In this document: piece by piece, positions 1 to 11,264 of the stretch | Position numbering within the stretch: the first letter of the stretch is position 1 | Layout of the letters: each line of letters begins with the position of its first letter | Assembly: GCA_964016885.1 (NCBI GenBank) | Contig: OZ024742.1 | Coordinates: 368,280,001-368,344,000 of the forward strand | Direction of reading: 5' to 3' | Source of the DNA: Eledone cirrhosa | Lineage: Eukaryota | DNA: 64,000 nt | The notes under the pieces: generated by a model | Databases searched by the model: none | Told to the model about the DNA's origin: nothing | Seen by the model: only the letters and a program-made list of their open reading frames with translations | Made by a program: the position numbers and the translations under genes

Positions 1-233
1 ATCTGTGCTCATGGGCCCATGGGTCCATTCACATTATGCATGACACATGAGGCGTGTCGCCGAATGATGAAATAGGGGTATGGTTATGGCCCAATTGGTG
101 TTCAAACCAGGATAAAAAATGATCCCCCCGGTCTGACGACGACCTCTGAATATGGACCCCAGAGCCTATGAATGTGGAACTCGATTTTTTACTAATAAAA
201 ATTTTGCCACTAATATTATTGTAAAATTTTTTA

Positions 234-465
234 TTTCTTGTCCAATTCTTTAAAGTTTTATCTTAGTTTCTTGTCCTATTCTTTTAAAGTTTTATCTTAG
301 TTTCTTGTCCTATTCTTTTAAAGTTTTATCTTAGTTTCTTGTCCTATTCTTTTAAAGTTTTATCTTAGTTTCTTGTCCTATTCTTTTAAAGTTTTATCTT
401 AGTTTCTTGTCCTATTCTTTTAAAGTTTTATTTCAGTTTCTTGTCCTGTATTTTTAAAGGTTTAT
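234..465. repeat. 34-bp minisatellite, about 6.5 copies
   Basis: Unit TTTCTTGTCCTATTCTTTTAAAGTTTTATCTTAG in tandem, with degenerate edges. Confidence 0.95.
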
Positions 466-487
466 ATTCCAACAATATATATATATA

Positions 488-683
488 ACGAAGAAGTTGT
501 GGTAAGGAACCAGATGGACCATAACGCACCAGAGTAGTAGTAGTAGAGTGGGTAATAGGAAAATGTAAGACCCCGACGGCAGAGTTCAAGCCGTTTCGAC
601 GGCTATTTCTGGACTATATTCTAATTTAGTCCAGAAATAGCCGTCGAAACGGCTTGAGCTCTGCCGTCGGAGTCTTACATTTT

Positions 684-687
<4 letters not shown>
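488..687 (+). mobile_element. Extremely 5'-truncated PLE insertion (inverted pLTR segment plus pLTR 3' end), same family as 12043-14742
   Basis: 488-591 resembles 12044-12158 and 626-687 resembles 14680-14742. 555-616 is the reverse complement of 627-688. (TA)n on both sides. Confidence 0.85.
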
Positions 688-721
<34 letters not shown>

Positions 722-726
<5 letters not shown>

Positions 727-1150
727 ACATGGCGTGCTGCGTGGTTGCAAATGGGTTACATATGAATAAATTTAGTCCGTCATCAGTGATCTTCCAACCT
801 TCATTGGTATTTCATCGCTTTAAAGACCATATACCTACGGTTGGTGCGAACAACGGCTAAAGAAAGTCGTTGGGACACGGAAATAGGGGGAACGAGCGAG
901 ACAGTAAACAATCAAAGATGGTAATGCAACGAATCTGCTACTCTCTCTCCTACTTCCTCCCGTTTGACCTATGCGAGATTCTTTCCTCATGCACACTTCG
1001 ACCAGGTCGGATGGTCTTTATTCTCTCTCGTCTACGATTTCACAGAACTTATGTTCATCGATTTCAGGGACTTGACTCCTTCTTCCTCACTTTTCGTTGC
1101 ATTACCATCTTTAGTCCTTCATCACTGATGAAGGACTAAATTTATTCATA
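722..1150. mobile_element. Putative PLE pLTR remnant with nested inversions
   Basis: Lies between (TA)n tracts. TATGAATAAATTTAGTCCGTCATCAGTGAT (761-790) is inverted at 1121-1150, and AAAGATGGTAATGCAACGA (914-932) is inverted at 1094-1112. Confidence 0.45.
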
Positions 1151-1478
1151 TATATATATATATATATATATATAATGAGTTGGTGAACCGCACGTACTAC
1201 AAAAAACTACAAAACAATATATATATATATATATATATATAATATTTAGAAACACACAGATACATGCGGACACACACATATATACATGAATGCATCCGCA
1301 CCCAACTGTGAGTTAAGGGTGCCAACTTCACCGATGTTGCTCAATGAATGACTGGGACAGACCAATTCAGTTTGAACCAGACTGAACCAGTATCAGAGTA
1401 AAAATACATTATGAAGAGAGAAGAAACATTTAGATATAATTAGTAATAAAATGTATCATACCTAAACTGTTCCTAAAT

Positions 1479-1566
1479 TCCTCGACTACGTAGTTTCGTG
1501 GCATAAACAAAAACAATATATCAAAGATATAGAGTCCTTGCGAGGTCTGCCGACTTATCAAGAGGA
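1479..1566 (-). ncRNA. Type I hammerhead ribozyme, U3:A8 variant (inverted copy)
   Basis: Reverse complement of 2236-2323. Confidence 0.75.
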
Positions 1567-2235
1567 TACCTCATTTTACTAGTCTCAAGAACGCGTCTAC
1601 ACGACGTGAGAAAGAATCCCAAAAGGCGGAGGGGGAGATAGTCACGCGATATAACGGTCGAGAAACAGAGCTAAGCCTCTTATAACCACGAAGAAAATAC
1701 CACGGAGGCGGAGGGGGTATTCATATCGAGGCCGTAGAAGAGGTAGTGAAGAAGGCGAGAAGTATGAGTAATGGAAGCTTTCCAGTTGTCCCCACACTTC
1801 AAAGATTGCTCGACCAGAGGGAGTTATTAATATATTTAAAAAACACACAGATACATGCGGACACACACATATATACATGAATGCATCCGCACCCATTAAC
1901 TCACAGTTGGGTGCGGATGCATTCATGTATATATGTGTGTGTCCGCATGTATCTGTGTGTTTCTAAATATATTAATAACTCCCTCTGGTCGAGCAATCTT
2001 TGAAGTGTGGGGACAACTGGAAAGCTTCCATTACTCATACTTCTCGCCTTCTTCACTACCTCTTCTACGGCCTCGATATGAATACCCCCTCCGCCTCCGT
2101 GGTATTTTCTTCGTGGTTATAAGAGGCTTAGCTCTGTTTCTCGACCGTTATATCGCGTGACTATCTCCCCCTCCGCCTTTTGGGATTCTTTCTCACGTCG
2201 TGTAGACGCGTTCTTGAGACTAGTAAAATGAGGTA

Positions 2236-2323
2236 TCCTCTTGATAAGTCGGCAGACCTCGCAAGGACTCTATATCTTTGATATATTGTTTTTGTTTATG
2301 CCACGAAACTACGTAGTCGAGGA
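2236..2323 (+). ncRNA. Type I hammerhead ribozyme, U3:A8 variant
   Basis: TCCTC-TTGATAA-GTCGGCA...TGCCAC-GAAA-CTACGTAG-TC-GAGGA: stem I TCCTC/GAGGA, stem II with one bulge, palindromic stem III ACTACGTAGT, GUC cleavage triplet. Confidence 0.8.
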
Positions 2324-2826
2324 ATTTAGGAACAGTTTAGGTATGATACATTTTATTACTAATTATATCTAAATGTTTCTTCTCTCTTCATAATGTATTT
2401 TTAACTCTGATACTGGTTCAGTCTGGTTCAAACTGAATTGGTCTGTCCCAGTCATTCATTGAGCAACATCGGTGAAGTTGGCACCCTTAACTCACAGTTG
2501 GGTGCGGATGCATTCATGTATATATGTGTGTGTCCGCATGTATCTGTGTGTTTCTAAATATATTAATAACTCCCTCTGGTCGAGCAATCTTTGAAGTGTG
2601 GGGACAACTGGAAAGCTTCCATTACTCATACTTCTCGCCTTCTTCACTACCTCTTCTACGGCCTCGATATGAATACCCCCTCCGCCTCCGTGGTATTTTC
2701 TTCGTGGTTATAAGAGGCTTAGCTCTGTTTCTCGACCGTTATATCGCGTGACTATCTCCCCCTCCGCCTTTTGGGATTCTTTCTCACGTCGTGTAGACGC
2801 GTTCTTGAGACTAGTAAAATGAGGTA

Positions 2827-2914
2827 TCCTCTTGATAAGTCGGCAGACCTCGCAAGGACTCTATATCTTTGATATATTGTTTTTGTTTATGCCACGAAAC
2901 TACGTAGTCGAGGA
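2827..2914 (+). ncRNA. Type I hammerhead ribozyme, U3:A8 variant (second direct copy)
   Basis: Identical to 2236-2323. Confidence 0.8.
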
Positions 2915-2983
2915 ATTTAGGAACAGTTTAGGTATGATACATTTTATTACTAATTATATCTAAATGTTTCTTCTCTCTTCATA

Positions 2984-3019
<36 letters not shown>

Positions 3020-3749
3020 GTGTGTGTGTGTATTTTTATGTGTGGAGGTTTATGTATGTATATATGTACATGTGTGTGCATGTATATATATATATAAATA
3101 AATAGAGAGACACGCATACACATATGTGTGTGTGTGTGTTGCACTAAACCTACAGTAGGTATGTAAGTGTATAGTTACTATAATTCCCAGAATGGTCAGT
3201 TTGACAGTTCAGCTTGTCACTGGGTAGGTTAGTCTCTTAAGATATATCAATCAATAATCCTATATTTACTTCTACAAGACTGCGTCATAACAACAGCAAC
3301 ATTTGCCTTTTAGAACGCTGCTCCACCACTGAGAGATTTGGTGCTAATTTGGCCACAAGGTCAATAATTGGTGAGGAGGGAAATGTCGAGTAGATAGATG
3401 GAAGAAAAGGGGCTGAATTATACAAGAGTTGCAGGAACTGGTGCAGTAGTGCGTCAGGATCAGTATTCGGTAATCAGAAGAAGGGAGGCAGGTGTAAAAG
3501 TCGAACTCGTTATCTTCAATTCGGGATTCGTGCCAACCCTTACCTATGGTCATGAATCTTAGATAATGACCAAACGAATACGTCGCAAATACAAGCAGCC
3601 GAAATGGGGTTCCTTTGTTGGGGTAATATTACAGGATAGAGAGTCACTCCAGGTAGAGCCACTACTTCTCCAAAGGATTTTGCCACAAAGTATTTTGTCC
3701 AGCACTCTACCGATTCTGACATCCACTTTAAGATATTATAGAAATTAAT

Positions 3750-4072
3750 AAACTGGCACTCCGTCAGTTACGACGATGAGTGTTCCAGTTGATGGGATCA
3801 CAGGAACAGTCTACTCATGAAAGTAATTTGCAAGTGGCTGAGCATTCTACTCACATCCTTAACTTAGTTCTCAGGGAGATTCATCGTGACACAGAACGTG
3901 ACAAGATTTGCCCTTCGAAAGACAAGTACAATTCATTTTTTGACAGCTGAGTGGACTCGAGTGACATGAAATAAAGTGTCATGCTCAAGGACACAACGCA
4001 CCGCCGGGAATCGAACTCACGAGTTTACGATCGTGAGCCGAATAACCTTACCAGAAAACCACGCACCTTCAC
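3750..4072 (-). mobile_element. tRNA-derived SINE, family A
   Basis: The minus strand has B-box-like GAGTTCGATTCCC followed by CORE-like TGTCCTTGAGCATGACACTTTATTTC. Homologous to 43975-44285. Confidence 0.75.
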
Positions 4073-4361
4073 TTAACAATCAATAATGTTATACTTCAAG
4101 AAGACTGCGTCATTAACAAGAATCAGTAAAGCTTGCTTGTTAGAAAGCTGCTCGGCCACTCACCAATACCACCAAAGAACAATAATCATGACTTTCTAAC
4201 TCGATATGTTTTTTTAAATCTTTGCCCACTTGAAGAACTAAATCTGAATCATATTTTGTTTTAAGTCTCCTGTACTTTAGTTTTAATCCGATTTCACAAT
4301 CGTGATAACACTGACAGTAATAGGCTTCGGTGAGAAAGGTGGAATTTATCAATAACGATTT

Positions 4362-4600
4362 CTAATTTAGGCACAAGGACAGCAATTTGAAGAGGATGTG
4401 GGAGAGTCACTTAAATCGACCCTAGTACGTGACTGGTATTCTATTTCATGAACCCAGAATGTTGAACTAAGAGCAGAAACACTCCAGCTCTCCTGAGAGT
4501 TTCTGACAACTATATATAGCGCAGAAATACTTGCTTGAGGGTGTTTTCTTCTCTGAAGACCTTCTGCTGTCCAGCTCCCCTGAGAGTTTCTTACCACTAT

Positions 4601-4655
<55 letters not shown>

Positions 4656-4830
4656 AAATCTCGTTTTTATCATTTTGTAAAAAAAATCTCACTTTCTAAT
4701 ATATATATATATAAAGAGAGAGAGATAACAGAAACATTTGAGGTGGGTTCCTCCCTGAAGACTTGTCCAGCTCTCCTGGGAGTTTCTTACCACTGACCTC
4801 GGTGGGGTTTAAACTCAGAATGTTGAAAGT
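4362..4830 (-). mobile_element. Degenerate, interrupted SINE, family B
   Basis: 4362-4466 and 4795-4822 resemble parts of the SINE at 6926-7116. They are separated by a segment with three TCCAGCTC(T/C)CCTG(A/G)GAGTTTC repeats and (TA)n. Confidence 0.55.
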
Positions 4831-4919
4831 CGTAACTAAATAATACAAAGTATAACAATTCTACCGATAAACCATCCAGGTAGACGGGCAGCAATGTGTA
4901 AGGAAGGAAAAGTTGATAT

Positions 4920-5183
4920 CCGTCATTATTGGAGCTACAGGTTGTATATCAACCTAACTGACCAAACCATAACTGAGCTTGGGTTTGTGGAGTAAGAACG
5001 TCGCTCCTTCATTCATAAACTACAGATGGCCGCGATATCTGAAACATTCAAAGTTTGTAAAACATTCTTACAATTCAAAGGATGAACGCTGAGACATGAA
5101 ACGACGACAATTTCCTTCCTTTAGAACCTTGCCTCTGGGAAGGTGGCCGGTAAAAATATACTCAAAGTTAAGAGAAAGAGAGT
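4920..5183 (+). mobile_element. 3' fragment of R4/Dong-like LINE (family 2) ending in (TACA)n
   Basis: Homologous to 40197-40440 (IIGATG..I motif and 3' UTR ...GAAAGAGA), followed by a TACA tract. Confidence 0.8.
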
Positions 5184-5258
5184 ACATACATACATACATA
5201 CATACATACATACATACATACATACATACATACATACATACATACATACATACATACA

Positions 5259-5400
5259 CACTGGCGGACTGGCCAGGCTGCCAGGTTGCCCAATGGCAAG
5301 TGGGCCCCGGGTTCACGGTAGCATTTCAAGAGGCGACAGTAACATTGCAGGCCCCACTGTAGTACTTTAGGGGGCCAATGCTTTCAAATAATACTTGAAA
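5259..5400 (+). mobile_element. Possible left end of a hAT-like DNA transposon
   Basis: CACTGGCGGACTGG is near-complementary to CTAGTCCG(T/C)CACTA at 11655-11668 and 15512-15525, with shared subterminal GGTTGCC..GGGCCC. Confidence 0.45.
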
Positions 5401-5766
5401 TTTAAGAGAAAGAATGAAATGTTTTAAAAAATAAATAAAACAATTAAGCAAAGCATTTGGTCAACAAAGTCCCCAGGAAATTAATAGAAACCAAAATATG
5501 CGAGAGTGCAAATAGCTGGAACCGGTGGTTGTACATTCTACTAAATCTAAAGCTTAGTGTATTCATTTATGCATACAAACATACAAATATATAGACACGC
5601 ATATATAGACACTCAAGCACACACATATATATATAATATTATTCTAAATATTAATAAATGAGAAATACTATCATAACCAAAGTATATATTTTATTATACA
5701 TATTTCAAAGATACAATGGTGTTTCAGTACGTTTTCATCAGATAAAATATATAAGAAATTGGTTAT

Positions 5767-5831
5767 ACGACATACCCCTAAGGTCTTGAATCTTCAATGA
5801 TTGAAGATTCAAGACCTTAGCGGTATGTCGT
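5767..5831. repeat. 65-bp palindrome (32-bp arms, one mismatch, 1-nt spacer)
   Basis: ACGACATACCCCTAAGGTCTTGAATCTTCAAT-G-ATTGAAGATTCAAGACCTTAGCGGTATGTCGT. Confidence 0.95.
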
Positions 5832-5896
5832 GAAACACTTCTTTGTCAGCAGAGGAAGCAGCACCCTAAACTTCTTCCAATCCGTCCTTATTCAAG

Positions 5897-5963
<67 letters not shown>

Positions 5964-6127
5964 AGGAGGTGAGTTTTATTATACCACAATAAAGCAATGC
6001 AAATATCGGATAAGTAGCACTCAATAGTTTATAGGACTGGAGTATAAATAATATAAAGTTTATAAAGTTTATAAATAATATCTAGTTTAAGACTAGAGCT
6101 GATACTTCCAACAATTTTGATATCACA

Positions 6128-7775
6128 ATGGGTTCGTCGGATTCAGCGCAATTGACGGACTTGATTGGAATCTTTATTTTGAATTCTTTAAATCTGAATA
6201 TTCCTCAACTTCGCTGTGGAATTTATCGTGACGATGCCCTTTTTACTGTCTTAAACTGTAACTTAGTTAACCTTAATATTATTAAGAATAATATACTTGA
6301 TCTATTTAAGCACCATAACCTAAAAATTGAATTTGAAAACAACGTCAAACTAGCTAACTTCCTGGATATATCCCTTAATCTTGACACCGGCCTATATTAT
6401 CCTTACCATAAAGACAATGAGAATCTAAATTATGTTAATTTTAAATCTAACCACTCTATTAACGTTAAAAATGCTATAGTCAGTAATGTTGAAAAAAGAA
6501 TCTCAAATATATCTTCTAATAAACTTATCTTTGACGCTAAAGCCTATTATTACAACAATGCGCTTTCCAGAGCCGGTTATTCTGAAAAAATTAAATACAA
6601 TAAAGAAACCAATTATGGAGGAACTTATAGTAATATAGTTAGTTATAAGCATTCCAATAGCATAAAGAAGAGACCTAGATATAAAAATATGATTTGGTAC
6701 AACGCTCCTTTTTCTCTATCTATTATTAGTAATATTCCTAAACTATTTTTTAGGGCCTTAGATAAATGCTTCCCTCCTTCACATATTTATAGTAAGATCT
6801 TTAATAAGCATACAATTAAATTCTCTTATTCCACCACTTCCAACATCTCTAACATTATCTCAAAACATAATACTAAAATATTAAATAATAAATCATATCC
6901 ATCCAACACTGAGCGTCATAATAATTGTTTATACTTTTGGCACAAGGCCAGCAATTACCCAGTAGATTACTGGTATTTTATTTTATCGACCCCGTAAGGT
7001 TGAAAGGCAAAGTTAACCTCGGCGGGATTTGAACTCAGAATGGCAAGGGCCGAAACTCTATGCGTCAAAGCATGGCGTCCGACCCTCTACCAATACTGCC
7101 AATTCACCGCCCTATTCACTGAGCGTCATAATAATAACAATAGTAAGCCCGACGTCAATGTTAAGTCTAGGCTAGATTTTGTAAATTTAAATACGACGTC
7201 AAACGCAACTTTGTCGAATGTTCATAATACTAACCTAAATCAGGAAACTTTAGCAACTATCGTAAGTAACTTCTCCAATTCAATTCCTTCTATAAATAAT
7301 ACTGGGTCACTTGCTAATAACTCTGGTAATTTCTCTAATCGTAATTTCAATTGCCTTATTAGAACTAAATGTCCTCTTAGTAAACAATGTCTTTTATAAA
7401 AATTTAGTGTATGAATGTAAGGTTATAACTAGTACTAATTCTTTTACCTACTTTGGCTCCACTTCCACTTCCTTTAAGGCAAGATTTTATAATCATAACT
7501 CTTCTTTTAGATACCCACTTAAAAGAACTAACACAGCACTCTCAGAACTCATATGGTCCTTAAAGGACAAAAATATTAACTACAACATTTCTTGGAGAAA
7601 GGTTTGCAACGCCTCTCCTTACCTTAATTCTTCCCTATCCAGAACATGTAATCTCTGCCTAGCCGAGTAATTTACCATTATCTCTAATTTTAATTCTATA
7701 ATAAATAGACGTACGGATTTATTTTCGCTCTGCTTGCATAAATCCTATAGAACTTTCCATAAAGTATACAGCTAA
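6128..7775 (+). pseudogene. PLE RT/GIY-YIG ORF disrupted by a SINE, a frameshift near 7390 and a stop at 7668
   Basis: Removing the SINE plus one TSD joins ORFs 6128 and 7040 in frame. The endonuclease continues in ORF 7311-7670. Confidence 0.85.
6926..7116 (-). mobile_element. tRNA-derived SINE, family B, with 19-bp TSD
   Basis: TSD CACTGAGCGTCATAATAAT at 6907-6925 and 7117-7135. The minus strand has A-box-like TGGCAGTATTGG and B-box GAGTTCAAATCCC. Confidence 0.9.
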
Positions 7776-8740
7776 TATCTTCCTACCTAATTAGTTTAAA
7801 ATCTTTTTCTCAAACACTTTTATATTTTTTACAAATATACCCATCTTTCTACCTTATTTGAGTATATTATACAATATTACTCATACTATGTAGTTAGCGG
7901 TCCTCTAATTTCTTTTTTTTTAATTTCTAATCTTTAATCTGCAACTTTTACTTCTCAATTACTTCTTAATTCATCTTATAACTCACTATAGCATTTTCCT
8001 TATATTCTCGGCCATACAAATTTTTAAAAAAATATATACTAATATTACCATTAGAGATATTTTGTAAACATATTTTTTTGACGTTATATATTTTTTCTTC
8101 CTTGAATTCTTTCTTTCTTCTCTCTTTCCATGCTCGTATTAACTCTATTATCTACTTTTTCCTATTACAATATATAGAAACAAACTCGGACCCTAATTAA
8201 TTCCTCTAAGTTCATAATTCATTTAACCTTATCTTCATTCACCTTATCTTCTTAATATATTTTATTTTAATAATACATTTTAATAAATTCCTTTTCGCAC
8301 ATCTTATTAAACCCTTCAATATATAAACTTTAAATAAATAGTATTCTTAATTCCTTTTTCTTTAATCATAAGCATCAGCATTCATAAACCTCATTAACTT
8401 TTAATTTCATAATTTTTTTAAATTATGTATTATCTTACAACGGTTTTTTTTTTATTTTCTCTGTGAGACAGTGTTTCTCAGTATTAAAGATTATCTCTCT
8501 CTCTCTCACTCATTTTCTCCTCCTCTCTCATCCTTCCTTCTTATACTCCTCCTCCGTCATCCTTTCCTTACTATTTTTTTTTCTTCTATCTATATTTTTT
8601 CTTCCTCTTCCTTACCTTTTCTTTCCCCCCTTGCTTTCCTTTTTTCCAATCTCATATATCCCTCTAATTTTATTTTTCATATGTTGATTTGACACTTCAC
8701 TGCTCGCAAGTGTTTTTTTAAGCTTCATATCATGTCTCCC

Positions 8741-8811
8741 TATTTTATCTGATGAGAACGCAAATATCATCCCATGAGGATATTTGTTTTTGAAATGCGC
8801 ATAATAAAATA
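8741..8811 (+). ncRNA. Canonical minimal type I hammerhead in the PLE1 pLTR
   Basis: TATTTTAT-CTGATGA-stem II (CAAATATC/GATATTTG)-GAAA-TGCGCA-TA-ATAAAATA, with palindromic stem III ATGCGCAT. Confidence 0.85.
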
Positions 8812-8841
8812 CATGGAACTCTTTTAACTATCTTTTGATTT

Positions 8842-8898
<57 letters not shown>

Positions 8899-9018
8899 TA
8901 TAGACATAGAATATTCGAAAATATTCTGTATGTTTATAATAAACATTTTGAAGACCTAATCGCTATAGAATAGAATACGTCACGTATTACAATTAGATTC
9001 TCGATAAAAGCAAGGGAA

Positions 9019-9061
9019 GTAATCTACGCGTTTCATTCTTGTTAGAAATCATCAGGACTAC
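9019..9061 (-). ncRNA. Canonical minimal hammerhead (inverted arm copy)
   Basis: Reverse complement of 9358-9400. Confidence 0.85.
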
Positions 9062-9357
9062 ATATCCAGTGCTTTTATCGAGAATGACACAGCTAGAGAC
9101 TTATAGAATACTTAGCTGTGTACAGGAACTGGTTTGAAAGAGCGGTTGCCGGTCCGGCAGAAATTTTTATTATAAACATACAGAATATTTTCGAATATTC
9201 TATGTCTATATTCACATATATATCGCTATTTCAGAGCATTTATTCCAATTTCTAATTTCTGCCGGACCGGCAACCGCTCTTTCAAACCAGTTCCTGTACA
9301 CAGCTAAGTATTCTATAAGTCTCTAGCTGTGTCATTCTCGATAAAAGCACTGGATAT

Positions 9358-9400
9358 GTAGTCCTGATGATTTCTAACAAGAATGAAACGCGTAGATTAC
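9358..9400 (+). ncRNA. Canonical minimal type I hammerhead (also at 9668, 9978, 10288, 10598)
   Basis: GTAGTC-CTGATGA-TTTCTAACAAGAAT-GAAA-CGCG-TA-GATTAC, with palindromic stem III ACGCGT and a flanking 16-bp inverted repeat (9334-9349/9407-9422). Confidence 0.88.
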
Positions 9401-10929
9401 TTCCCTTGCTTTTATCGAGAATCTAATTGTAATACGTGACGTATTCTATTCTATAGCGATTAGGTCTTCAAAATGTTTATTATAAACATACAGAATATTT
9501 TCGAATATTCTATGTCTATATTCACATATATATCGCTATTTCAGAGCATTTATTCCAATTTCTAATTTCTGCCGGACCGGCAACCGCTCTTTCAAACCAG
9601 TTCCTGTACACAGCTAAGTATTCTATAAGTCTCTAGCTGTGTCATTCTCGATAAAAGCACTGGATATGTAGTCCTGATGATTTCTAACAAGAATGAAACG
9701 CGTAGATTACTTCCCTTGCTTTTATCGAGAATCTAATTGTAATACGTGACGTATTCTATTCTATAGCGATTAGGTCTTCAAAATGTTTATTATAAACATA
9801 CAGAATATTTTCGAATATTCTATGTCTATATTCACATATATATCGCTATTTCAGAGCATTTATTCCAATTTCTAATTTCTGCCGGACCGGCAACCGCTCT
9901 TTCAAACCAGTTCCTGTACACAGCTAAGTATTCTATAAGTCTCTAGCTTTGTCATTCTCGATAAAAGCACTGGATATGTAGTCCTGATGATTTCTAACAA
10001 GAATGAAACGCGTAGATTACTTCCCTTGCTTTTATCGAGAATCTAATTGTAATACGTGACGTATTCTATTCTATAGCGATTAGGTCTTCAAAATGTTTAT
10101 TATAAACATACAGAATATTTTCGAATATTCTATGTCTATATTCACATATATATCGCTATTTCAGAGCATTTATTCCAATTTCTAATTTCTGCCGGACCGG
10201 CAACCGCTCTTTCAAACCAGTTCCTGTACACAGCTAAGTATTCTATAAGTCTCTAGCTGTGTCATTCTCGATAAAAGCACTGGATATGTAGTCCTGATGA
10301 TTTCTAACAAGAATGAAACGCGTAGATTACTTCCCTTGCTTTTATCGAGAATCTAATTGTAATACGTGACGTATTCTATTCTATAGCGATTAGGTCTTCA
10401 AAATGTTTATTATAAACATACAGAATATTTTCGAATATTCTATGTCTATATTCACATATATATCGCTATTTCAGAGCATTTATTCCAATTTCTAATTTCT
10501 GCCGGACCGGCAACCGCTCTTTCAAACCAGTTCCTGTACACAGCTAAGTATTCTATAAGTCTCTAGCTGTGTCATTCTCGATAAAAGCACTGGATATGTA
10601 GTCCTGATGATTTCTAACAAGAATGAAACGCGTAGATTACTTCCCTTGCTTTTATCGAGAATCTAATTGTAATACGTGACGTATTCTATTCTATAGCGAT
10701 TAGGTCTTCAAAATGTTTATTATAAACATACAGAATATTTTCGAATATTCTATGTCTATATTCACATATATATCGCTATTTCAGAGCATTTATTCCAATA
10801 TATATATATATATATAATGCCAATCATTGTAAGTTTGAATCTAACTGACATGCAAAAACATATATAGGAATAAGGTCAGCCCAAATCATAGTAGATTCAA
10901 GTATCATAGAGAGAGAGAGAGAGAGAGAG

Positions 10930-10988
<59 letters not shown>

Positions 10989-11122
10989 CAAATGATTTAC
11001 AAGTCTACCTTAAGTCGACCTTAAGTAGGAGCAATAACATTAAGAAAGACATGAATAACACCACACTTTGTTTTGAACATTTTGAAAGTAGGTTTATAAG
11101 TATGAATTTTCATGAGATTTTC

Positions 11123-11196
11123 GTAGCTGTCTCTGTGGCCTAGCGGTAGGTACTAGGTACGGTGGAGATCCTGTCCTTGGGTTCAATCCTGGTACA
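11123..11196 (+). other. tRNA-like Pol III unit (His-like); copy at about 15177-15250
   Basis: A-box TGGCCTAGCGG, B-box GGTTCAATCC, T-runs at 11205-11216. No clean cloverleaf. Confidence 0.55.
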
Positions 11197-11264
11197 TGTA
11201 ATCCTTTTCAGTTTTTATTTTACAACTAATAGAAAAAAACTGAAAAGGTTTACCGGAAACCCTA

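Larger units (their letters stand above)
1241..2988 (+). mobile_element. Retrozyme-like non-autonomous element, 591-bp unit (about 1.1 inverted copies, then about 1.85 direct copies)
   Basis: The unit starting at 1896 repeats at 2487 (offset 591). 1241-1895 is its reverse complement. (TA)n on both sides and one hammerhead per unit. Confidence 0.85.
6090..8848 (+). mobile_element. Penelope-like retroelement 1 (Naiad-like), 5'-truncated and decayed
   Basis: RT motifs MGSSDSAQLTDL, GIYRDD, NFLDISL, WYNAPF; GIY-YIG-like LVYEC..YFG, FKARFYNH, CNLCLAE; pyrimidine-rich 3' region; hammerhead; ends in (TA)n. Confidence 0.9.
8895..10799 (+). mobile_element. Retrozyme-like array, 310-bp unit x about 5.3, with 5' inverted arm
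   Basis: The unit recurs at 9171, 9481, 9791, 10101, 10411 and 10721. 8895-9164 is inverted. (TA)n on both sides and a hammerhead in each full unit. Confidence 0.9.

Noticed and set aside
120-185. CTGACGA hammerhead-like core
   Set aside because: No GAAA or pairing stems I and III follow it.
1642-2751. Repeated 75-94 aa ORF in the 591-bp unit
   Set aside because: It starts in a TG microsatellite, has no recognisable motif, and recurs only because the DNA is repeated.
8895-10799. CRISPR-like array (also considered for both satellites)
   Set aside because: Head-to-tail repeats with no unique spacers, in a eukaryotic context with no cas genes.
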